From positions 1 to 7,857 of the forward strand of contig NW_021828696.1 in NCBI RefSeq assembly GCF_006345805.1: 7,857 nucleotides of DNA. Reading direction: 5' to 3'. How positions within the stretch are numbered: the stretch's first letter is position 1; each line of letters opens with the position of its first letter. Source of the stretch: Octopus sinensis (lineage: Eukaryota). Made by a program: the position numbers and the translations under genes. Shown here one piece after another: positions 1-6,643 of the stretch. Under the pieces are notes generated by a model. The model did no database searches. It was not told the DNA's origin and worked only from the letters and a program-made list of their open reading frames with translations.

Positions 1-214
1 GTGTGCATGTGTGTGTGTGTGTTTCGTGTGTGTGCGTGTATATGTGTGTGTTGATGTGTCTGTGTGTGCGCGTATGTGTGTGGTGTGTGTGCGTGTGTGT
101 GTGTTTGTGTGTGTGCATGTGTGTGCATGTGTGTGTGTGTTCGTATGCGTGCGTGTACATAAACGCATACATTGAGATAGAGAGTGAGTGAGAAAGAAAG
201 AGAAAGAGAGAGAA
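1..214. repeat. Degenerate (TG)n microsatellite followed by a (GA)n/GAAA-rich tract
   Basis: Directly visible: TG repeats 1-~157, purine-rich GA tract ~173-214. Confidence 0.95.
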
Positions 215-430
215 ATGGACAGTTATCATAACTATCATAATTTTTCTAATCATCGTTTTCAGCATGAGCTGTCTCCATAACAACCAACACCACCATTTTC
301 CATCATATCTTCCATCAAGGTCATTAACACCTGACCGTCCCCCACTATAAACACTATCACTAGTAGAAACAATAACCATCGGCAATAATAAGAATAACAA
401 CAACATTAACGCTTCCAGCGGTTATAATTA

Positions 431-1356
431 ATGGTTCATCCCATAAATAATGCGGCTTTTTCAATTGCATGAACCAAAAGTAGGAGAGGGACGGGATAAA
501 CTACCTACATCAACTTGACAGAAAAGCAGGTAGAAATTTTACCTTGTACTTATTCTTAGTGCAAGTTTTAAAGAGTGAAGTTCGATTTTAACAGTTATAT
601 TTTCAAAGCTATAATGGAAGGGACAAAGGAGCATATATCCGGTATATTTTGCTTTATGAGTTCAATAAAGGCAACAACGCAACGGAAAGTGTGAGGAATA
701 TTAATGCAGTATCTGGGGATTAAACGGTAAGCGTAAGCCAGTGTCAATAGTGGTTCCAAAAATTCCAAGCTGGAAACTACAGCCTAGAAGATGAGCTTCG
801 TCCTGGAAGATCTGTAGAGCTCGACGAGGACGTTCTGCAAACCCTTGTGGAACAAAATCCCATCGTAACTGTTGAGGAACTAGCAGTGAAGCTTGGATTT
901 CGTTATTCAACTATTCATCGACACCTGCGTGCCATCGGAAAAGTTAGCAAATAGAGTAAATGGGTTCGTCACAAACTTTCAGAGACTAATGCTCAAACAC
1001 ACACAGCGAGGATGACATTCCAAACGCTGGAGCAGTTTGAATGGAAAACAATGCCCCACCACTATATTCACTGGACATTGCTCCATCTGATTATCATTTA
1101 TTCCACAGTTTTAAAAATAACTTGGACGGAAAAAATATGAATTCTGTAGACGAAGTCAGAACATTACTCGAGGTGTATTTTTCGTCACAGACAAGTGAAT
1201 TTTGGAAGAGGGGCCTTGCAAGTCAGCTAGGTAGATGGAAGAGCATTGTAGACAGTGAAGGAGAGTATATTTTTGATTTTAAAATAATTTTTAAAACTTA
1301 ATTTTGAAAAAATAAGTGACGTATTAAAAAACCGCATTATTTATGGGATGACCCAA
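431..1356 (+). mobile_element. Tc1/mariner (mariner, D34D-type) DNA transposon, internally deleted non-autonomous copy, 926 bp
   Basis: Left TIR 431-460 ATGGTTCATCCCATAAATAATGCGGCTTTT versus reverse complement of right TIR 1327-1356 TTGGGTCATCCCATAAATAATGCGGTTTTT (27/30). TA flanks both ends (429-430, 1357-1358). A transposase remnant lies inside. Confidence 0.95.
614..1301 (+). pseudogene. Mariner transposase pseudogene (HTH domain, WVPHEL-like linker and C-terminal catalytic part; central catalytic region deleted)
   Basis: Manual translation from ATG 614, allowing two frameshifts: MEGTKEH/IRYILLYEFNKGNNATESVRNINAVSGD*...WFQKFQAGNYSLEDELRPGRSVELDEDVLQTLVEQNPIVTVEELAVKLGF..STIHRHLRAIGKVSK*SKWVRHKLSETNA-QTHTARMTFQTLEQFEWKTMPH/PLYSLDIAPSDYHLF...RWKSIVDSEGEYIFD. 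WVRHKL (961-978) matches the WVPHEL motif and YSLDIAPSD matches YSPDLAPSD. Stops at 721, 748 and 952. Confidence 0.93.
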
Positions 1357-1420
1357 TATAATATTTCTACCACTAACACCATCAGCGTCTCCATGACTAA
1401 TATCACAAACTGAAGTAAAT

Positions 1421-1490
1421 CAGTGAGCTGCAGAATCGTTAGCCTGCCGGGGCAGATGCTTGGTGGCATTTCGTCCGCTTGTACGTTCTG
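1421..1490 (+). mobile_element. 5' head fragment of a tRNA-type SINE (family A)
   Basis: GTGAGCTGCAGAATCGTTAGC...ATGCTTGGTGGCATTTCGTCCG aligns with the head of the longer copy at 1602-1801 (GGTGAGCTGAC...ATGCTTAGCAAGATTTCGTCCG) and in reverse complement with 1492-1575. Family assignment is from memory of octopus SINEs, not a database search. Confidence 0.75.
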
Positions 1491-1491
1491 T

Positions 1492-1575
1492 GGAATTTGA
1501 ACTCAAAAACGTAAAGTACAAAATGCCGCCCAACGTTTTATCCGGCCTGGTAACGATTCTGACAGCCTATCCGCT
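1492..1575 (-). mobile_element. 5' head fragment of SINE family A, inverted
   Basis: Reverse complement reads GCGGATAGGCTGTCAGAATCGTTACCAGGCCGG...GCGGCATTTTGTACTTTACGTTTTTGAGTTCAAATTCC and ends in a Pol III B-box-like GTTCAAATTC. Confidence 0.75.
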
Positions 1576-1601
1576 TCCTTATCACCAATATTAGATAGTA
1601 A

Positions 1602-1801
1602 GTCGGTGAGCTGACAAAATTGCAATCAGGCTGGACCAAAATGCTTAGCAAGATTTCGTCCGTCTGCGTTCAAATTTTGCCGAGATTGACTTCGTCTTTC
1701 ATCAGTTTCGAGATCGATAAAATAAGTTCCAGTTGAGAATTTGGATCGATTAAATTGAACTGACTCCTCCCTGCTGGTTCTGTGCCAAAATTTGGAACCA
1801 C
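1602..1801 (+). mobile_element. Near-complete degenerate SINE family A copy
   Basis: Head as above, B-box-like GTTCAAATTT (~1668-1677), core GATCGATAAAATAAGTTCCAG, and 3' end TGCTGGTTCTGTGCCAAAATTTGGAACCA. The 3' end matches the minus-strand copy at 4776-4804 at 26/29. Confidence 0.8.
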
Positions 1802-1810
1802 TAAAAGCAT

Positions 1811-2635
1811 TTGTAACAACAAAAGCATGGAGGTGGCTCCAAAGGGTGACCTAGAAAACAATACCGAAAGCCTAATCGTCGCAGCCCAGGACCAGGTATT
1901 GAATACCAACTCAGTGAAAAAGAATATATACCACTCAAGTGCATCGGACCTCTGCAGAATGTGTGGGAAGAGGGTCGAAAGTGTGACACATTGTAAGTGC
2001 TTGGGAAAATCTTGCGCAGAAAGAATACAAGCGTAGACTCGACAAATTAGCCCCAAACCTCCACTGGCTACTATGCCGTAAGTAGGGATATGAGATTTCG
2101 GGGGCTTGGTACCAACATACACTGGAAAAGATAATGGACGAAAAGAGGAAGACAAAAAGCCTCTGGGACTTTGATTTCCAGATAAAGTATTGGAGCACTT
2201 TATATAGTAACTTTTATAACTGATATAGTAACTTTTAGGAGGGACAAACAAGAGTGCCTAATAATTGACGTAGCAGTACCAGGAGATCAACAATTCATCA
2301 TGAAAGGAAGAGAAAAAGTTGATGAATATGGAGACCTAAGAATTGAGATCGCTAAGATGTGGCAGCTACGAGAGTCGAACATAAAGGTTATCCCTATTGT
2401 CATCTGAGCATTGGGTTCAATACCACCCAATCCGAAAAAAACATCTGAAAGCCTTAGAGATGACCTACAATCAAGACGTACTGCGAAAGTCGGCATTGCT
2501 TGGAACTGCACGCATATTGCGTAAAGTACAGTCTGTTTAAGGTCCCTGTTGCGACTTGACAAACAGTACAAACCTCCGGTAAATACAACATCTTTAATCA
2601 ACAACCTCACGATATTGTATACTGTGCGACATCTA
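1811..2635 (+). mobile_element. 5'-truncated R4/Dong-like non-LTR retrotransposon (restriction-like endonuclease clade), 3' end with (TAA)n tail
   Basis: Coding remnant 1819-2540, a ~95-nt 3' UTR, then (TAA)n from 2636. The 5' boundary is approximate. Confidence 0.88.
1819..2540 (+). pseudogene. C-terminal zinc knuckle and RLE endonuclease remnant of the R4-like LINE ORF
   Basis: Across frameshifts: KAWRWLQR/GDLENNTESLIVAAQDQVLNTNSVKKNIYHSSASDLCRMCGKRVESVTH.../LAQKEYKRRLDKLAPNLHWLLCRK*GYEISGAWYQH...SLWDFDFQ.../DIVTFRRDKQECLIIDVAVPGDQQFIMKGREKVDEYGDLRIEIAKMWQLRESNIKVIPIVI*ALGSIPP.../HLKALEMTYNQDVLRKSALLGTARILRKVQSV*. These motifs (AAQDQ, CxxC..H, IIDVAVP, EK..Y, LLGTARILRKV) are typical of R4-clade C-termini. 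Confidence 0.92.
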
Positions 2636-2679
2636 TAATAATAACAATAAAAAGAAGAATGATGATGATGATGCTAATA

Positions 2680-2711
<32 letters not shown>

Positions 2712-2757
2712 TCAATAATAATAATATTAATAATAAATAACTATGATGATGATTTTT
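2636..2757. repeat. (TAA)n/(GAT)n compound microsatellite, tail of the R4-like element
   Basis: Directly visible, immediately after the 3' UTR. Confidence 0.93.
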
Positions 2758-2824
2758 TTTATTAACTGCAAGGAGTTTACATTAAGAAAAACATATCATG
2801 GACAATGCAAGACTAAAAATAGAA

Positions 2825-2879
2825 TGTGTGTGTGAGTGAGTGCGTGCGTGTGTATGTGCGTGTATGCTTTTGTGTGAGC

Positions 2880-2928
<49 letters not shown>

Positions 2929-2941
2929 CGTGTGTGTGTGT
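2825..2941. repeat. (TG)n microsatellite
   Basis: Directly visible. Confidence 0.95.
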
Positions 2942-3155
2942 CGTGAGGGTTTTGTGAGTCAACAAGATTAACATAATGAAAACAAAATCAACAATATGTA
3001 ATCCTCAACAGAGAAACGTTCGATGGCTGCTCACGGAAAAACCCCATAAAAACTATGAGGTGCTCTCACTTTTGGACCGAGAACCTTTTCCCCTTTCCTT
3101 TTCTCCAATTACAGGCGTATGCTCAAGGCAGGACGGTTCACTCGCACCATTCTCG

Positions 3156-3198
3156 TAATAATAATAATGATACTAATGATGATGATGATGATGATGAT
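3156..3198. repeat. (TAA)n/(GAT)n microsatellite
   Basis: Directly visible. Confidence 0.93.
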
Positions 3199-3575
3199 CA
3201 GGAAATTCAAAAAAATATTGTTCATGGGAACTTCACATAACCTACGCAAAATATTGTTTATGTAATCCCTAAAATATTTCAATCTGTAAACAGTGTCACA
3301 ATATTTTTGAATGTACATACTAGTAAGCACCTTTTACTGTCATCTTGACATCACACTATCATCTTATAATCTAATTACTTTTAAAACAAACTTGTAATTT
3401 ATTTATGATTTGACAGACGTTCTCTAAAACAATGCTCTGTGCAAAGCCGAACACATGGCACCATAGTCATAACACCAACTTGAACTTCTAACTTGTTGTC
3501 TGTTGAGGTCTCTGGGTGAGATTTCAAGTCAACTTGTACAAAAACAAAGCAAAAAGCCAAACATAACATTAAATA
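3199..3575 (+). mobile_element. Extreme 3' fragment of a second, different R4/Dong-like LINE family
   Basis: 3202-3265 translates, with one frameshift, as EIQK(N)IV/MGTSHNLRKILFM*, homologous to the LRKSALLGTARILRKVQSV* end of the first element. It is followed by a ~310-nt 3' UTR sharing an AGGTCYCTG...GTACAAA motif with the first element, then (TAA)n. Confidence 0.78.
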
Positions 3576-3607
3576 TATAATAATAATAATAAATAATAAT
3601 AATAATA

Positions 3608-3643
<36 letters not shown>

Positions 3644-3716
3644 CAAAACAACAACAACACACAACAACAACAAAACAACAACAATAATCATAATGATGAT
3701 AACACAGCAGCAGCAA
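3576..3716. repeat. (TAA)n/(CAA)n/(CAG)n compound microsatellite
   Basis: Directly visible. Confidence 0.95.
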
Positions 3717-3771
3717 TAGACAATGAGAAGGGTGCGATGCGAATTGTAATAGATTGTTTATTTAATGGTAG

Positions 3772-3810
3772 GAACGATATTTCGACAGATCATCTGTCTT
3801 CTTCAAGTTC
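3772..3810 (-). ncRNA. Minimal type I hammerhead ribozyme motif (C3U variant), PLE-1 left arm
   Basis: Minus strand: GAAC-TTGAAGA-A-GACAGA-TGA-TCTGTC-GAAA-TA-TC-GTTC. This gives stem I GAAC/GTTC, core (C>U)UGAAGA, a 6-bp stem II, GAAA, a palindromic AUAU mini stem III and an AUC cleavage triplet. Confidence 0.8.
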
Positions 3811-4188
3811 AAAATGTCAATTGAAAACAACCGCAGAAACGCAGTAATTCAAAATATAAACGAGGAAATTCTGCGTTCCTATTTTGATAGAATGACAACA
3901 TCAACTTTCAATTTTGTAAATGCTAAAAGGAAAAAGAAAGGAAAAACGAAAAAAAGAAAAATGAAAATGAGTATTTAGTCGAACGGTTTTTGTGTAAATG
4001 TGATGAAATTCACCTATCATTTTGTTCATTCCTCCGGGGCGTTATGTTAGTGATTCACAAGTATATTTCCCCTCATGCATTTTGAGAACTGAAAGTGTAG
4101 CAGATTCAGAATATTTTCTGAGAATGTGCACTGCCAGATGTTTCTCAAAATTGCAGCTGTTTGATGGTGCCTGACACCATACCTGTGA

Positions 4189-4404
4189 TTCAATGGGCAC
4201 AGGTATGTCAGGCACCACAGAAGTAGTTCGACAGAACTCGCCGAACATTTTACAGCAAACAGCAGTAATTTTGAGAAACATCTGGCAGTGCACATTCTCA
4301 GAAAATATTCTGAATGTGCTACACTTTCAGTTCTCAAAATGCACGAGGACAAATATATTGGAGAATTACTAACATAAGGCCCTGGAGAAATGAATAAAAT
4401 GATA
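4189..4404 (+). pseudogene. C-terminal half of a PLE GIY-YIG endonuclease (PLE-1)
   Basis: Frame from 4189, which has no ATG so the ORF track missed it: FNGHRYVRHHRSSSTELAEHFTANSSNFEKHLAVHILRKYSECATLSVLKMHEDKYIGELLT*GPGEMNKMI. This matches the PLE endonuclease pattern RxNxHR..IR....VAEHF....H....L.V.IL.......R...E..WI..L.T..P.GLN. Confidence 0.8.
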
Positions 4405-4563
4405 GGTAAATTTTATTTAAACAAAACTGTTCGACGAAATATTCTTATTACTTTTTTACCTTTTTTGTTTACTTTTTTTTTTTTTCTTTTTTGCTTTTCG
4501 CAAGGTTTCCACGTTTGTATTTTGAATTTTTGTGTTTCTGTGGTTGTTTTGTTTTCACATTTT

Positions 4564-4600
4564 GAACCTGAAGAAGACAGAAACGATCTGTCGCAATAAA
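4564..4600 (+). ncRNA. Damaged hammerhead motif, PLE-1 right arm
   Basis: GAAC-CTGAAGA-A-GACAGA-AACGA-TCTGTC-GCAA: canonical CUGAAGA and stem II are present, but GAAA is mutated to GCAA. The cleavage site and stem I 3' strand are lost in a deletion relative to the left arm. Confidence 0.65.
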
Positions 4601-4677
4601 CAAATTATTAAAAGTTGCATTGCGCTCTTTGTATTTGCTTTTTATGTTCCTGAAGAATTACGTCAATATTTATAAAA

Positions 4678-4774
4678 TAGCAACAACAACAACAACAACA
4701 GCAGCAATAATAATAATAATAATAATAATAATATAATAATAATAATATATAATAATAATATAATAATGATGATA
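4678..4774. repeat. (CAA)n/(TAA)n microsatellite, probably the (ATT)n tail of the adjacent minus-strand SINE
   Basis: Directly visible; abuts the SINE 3' end at 4775. Confidence 0.92.
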
Positions 4775-4825
4775 ATGGTTTCAAATTTTGGCTCAGATCC
4801 AGCAATTCTAGTGGGAAGTGGCTAG
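4775..4825 (-). mobile_element. 3' part of a SINE family A copy, split by the hAT-like MITE
   Basis: Reverse complement TGCTGGATCTGAGCCAAAATTTGAAACCA is 26/29 identical to the 3' end of the copy at 1602-1801. Confidence 0.8.
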
Positions 4826-4897
4826 CCAGTGGTTCCCAGCCTGGGGCCCTAACCCTAACCCGTGGGGACCTGGTGGTCCGCGAAGGCAGTACGGGAG

Positions 4898-4900
<3 letters not shown>

Positions 4901-4955
<55 letters not shown>

Positions 4956-4973
4956 TAATATATATATATATAT
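4901..4973. repeat. (TA)n microsatellite, left flank of PLE-2
   Basis: Directly visible. Confidence 0.95.
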
Positions 4974-5074
4974 TGATAAAACGGTAAGATAACAAAAGAA
5001 AGAAAGAGACCTCAATATTATGTAAATAGAGGAGGAAATTTATCTATACAATATGTTACATTACTCGGTAGTCA

Positions 5075-5137
5075 AGATAAAACTCTGAGTTTCAGATGTC
5101 CAAGTGGAAATCCACAACACCATCTCTTCGGTTATCT
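5075..5137 (-). ncRNA. Hammerhead-like motif with atypical core in the PLE-2 3' UTR
   Basis: Minus strand: AGATAA-CCGAAGA-GATG-[22 nt containing a GTGG/CCAC hairpin]-CATC-T-GAAA-CTCAGAG-T-T-TTATCT. Stem I is 6 bp and stem III is ACTC/GAGT. Deviations from consensus: U4C, an extra U before G12, and a GUU triplet. Confidence 0.6.
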
Positions 5138-5317
5138 GGCTATTTGAAAACGTTATGAAAAAAACCGTTAAATAAGGGAAATTACTCTGTTATAACTCTG
5201 CTTGCCTGCGTACTTATACATCGCTCGCATTTTTCGTCATAAAAATTATATAAAAATACATAAAAAATATATAAAAATATATAAATTCTTCTTGGGACAT
5301 AACATAGAAAGCATGTT

Positions 5318-6202
5318 CTATCTGTTTTCTTTAGGGGACCAAAAACGTAACAAAAACTTAGTCGCATGTGGGCATGATCCGAAAAGCTCTGTCCTTGTAT
5401 TTAGACATGTAGTAGGGTCTAAGTGCTTTTCCAGATAAGCCATCTCTCCATGTCGCATAGACCGCACCTTCCGCTGCCGTTAGTATAGGGCTTACATCTG
5501 GCCAAAATCTTCCATTGTATGTTATAATCGACACTTTATCTCTTAAAGACCAAATATGATTAGACAATTGTGTCGCTTTTCTTTTGTTCCAGTGACTAAA
5601 GCTCAAAGTGTGGTTATTGAACCTGGCTTGAAATACCCTCGTAAGGCCCACGTATTTCTTCGTCGAAACGGTGTCTTTAGTGGTTATAGAGTTTACGGTA
5701 GCTTCATATATGATGGTCTTGGACATGCAAGCTCCATTTAGCGGGCACAATTCTTTATTCCTGCATGAACAGCTGTTTTCTTCTTGTGTTTTTTGTATGT
5801 TATGTTTGATTATGTTTTTAAAATTGGTAGTTGAACTAAAACTAATTTTTAAATTGTGTCTATTGAAGAGTTTCCTATAAGTATGGTTAACTGGAAATGT
5901 CATCTATCAGTGCTAGGAAATATTTACCTATATTGAAGGCCACCTCGGGTGAGTAAGGGGGCGTAAACCAGAGACTTCCATTTCTACTTATTCCTTTTCT
6001 TTACTGTTGGGCTAGTGATAGGTGTATATTTTATTTTATCGCTAAAACCACTATCTTTTAAAGCCTTATTATAAACTGGGGGAACGCTATTGAAGATGTC
6101 CTCATCAGATGAGAGGCTAGAAATCCTCTTACTAATATTTTTAACTAAATTTTTGAATACTATAGGGGGATGGCATGAACCTACATTAATATAACTTAGT
6201 TT
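5318..6202 (-). pseudogene. C-terminal part of PLE ORF (thumb/linker, Cys-rich segment and GIY-YIG endonuclease), frameshifted
   Basis: Across frameshifts: KLSYINVGSCHPPIVFKNLVKNISKRISSLSSDEDIFNSVPPVYNKALKDSGFSDKIKY.../SLWFTPPYSPEVAFNIGKYFLALID/TFPVNHTYRKLFNRHNLKISFS...CSCRNKELCPLNGACMSKTIIYEATV...KYVGLT..FQARFNNHTLSF...TQLSNHIWSLRDK.../PYTNGSGRCGLCDMERWLIWKS/.LNTRTELFGSCPHATKFLLRFWSPKENR*. The HPP, WFxPPYS, CxC..CPL, YxG, RxxNH and LN..CxH motifs are characteristic of PLE ORFs. Confidence 0.93.
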
Positions 6203-6643
6203 TAATAAGGCTTTAAAAGATAGTGGTTTTAGCGATAAAATAAAATGGAGAGATGGCTTATCTGGAAAAGCAGCTTAGACCCTACTACATGTCTAAATAC
6301 AAGGACAGAGCTTTTCGGATCATGCCCACATGTGACTAAGTTTCTGTTACGTTTTTGGTCCCCTAAAGAAAACAGATAGAACATGCTTTCTATGTTATGT
6401 CCCAAGGAAGAATTATATATTTTATATATTTTTTATTTATTTTTATATAATTTTTATGACGAAAAATGCGAGCGATGTATAAGTACGCAGGCAAGCAGAG
6501 TTATAACAGAGTAATTTCCCTTTATTTAACGGTATTTTTCATACACGTTTTCAAATAGCCAGATAACGAAGAGATGGTGTTGTGGATTTCCACTTGGGCA
6601 TCTGAAACTCAGAGTTTTATCTTGACTACCGAGTATGTAACAT

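Larger units (their letters stand above)
3728..4629. mobile_element. Fold-back (head-to-head inverted) 3' remnant of a Penelope-like element, PLE-1
   Basis: Left arm 3728-4187 is the reverse complement of right arm 4198-4629 around a 10-nt spacer ATTCAATGGG. Inner arm portions are ~90% identical by eye; outer portions are lower, with indels. The right arm carries a GIY-YIG C-terminal remnant, and both arms end in hammerhead-like motifs. Confidence 0.85.
4974..6202 (-). mobile_element. 5'-truncated Penelope-like element body (PLE-2): RT-thumb/linker, GIY-YIG endonuclease, 3' UTR with hammerhead-like motif
   Basis: Coding remnant 6202-5318 (minus), then a 3' UTR down to 5045 that is duplicated in inverted form at 6245-6651, plus ~70 nt of further tail reaching the (TA)n. 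The left boundary is approximate. Confidence 0.9.

Noticed and set aside
3-191. Cys/Val-rich ORF (also 7068-7379, 7386-7653 and the His/Thr-rich ORFs on the minus strand at 7002-7238 and 7344-7679)
   Set aside because: These are translations of (TG)n/(CA)n microsatellites, mostly within SINEs; there is no evidence of coding.
215-428. CAT/CAA/CAC-rich stretch before the mariner
   Set aside because: Looks like decayed trinucleotide low-complexity sequence; no motif or ORF support.
1670-2251. 193-aa minus-strand ORF, the longest in the track
   Set aside because: It is antisense to the R4-like coding remnant and the SINE, has no recognisable motif, and is best explained as a shadow ORF.
3399-3716. 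Hydrophobic poly-Ile/Val/Cys ORF resembling a membrane protein (also 4608-5015)
   Set aside because: Produced by (TTA)n/(TTG)n/(TA)n repeats.
4042-4352. Minus-strand ORFs crossing the palindrome centre
   Set aside because: They are chimeras of antisense right-arm and sense left-arm sequence. The meaningful frame is the ATG-less + strand frame from 4189.
3728-4629. Interpreting the large inverted repeat as a MITE/foldback DNA transposon or a pre-miRNA gene
   Set aside because: No TSD or transposon-type TIR ends were found. The arms consist of PLE endonuclease and 3' UTR sequence with hammerhead motifs.
4650-4670. Extra CTGAAGA just outside the PLE-1 right arm
   Set aside because: No stem II or downstream GAAA/cleavage site can be formed, so it is not supportable as a hammerhead.
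4847-4861. CCCTAACCCTAACCC, telomeric (TTAGGG)n-like repeat near the PLEs
   Set aside because: Only 2.5 units, inside the MITE and not at a PLE end; too short to indicate telomere targeting or healing.
6095-6112. CTGATGA hammerhead-core word on the minus strand
   Set aside because: It lies within PLE-2 codons (S-D-E) and has no stem II followed by GAAA.
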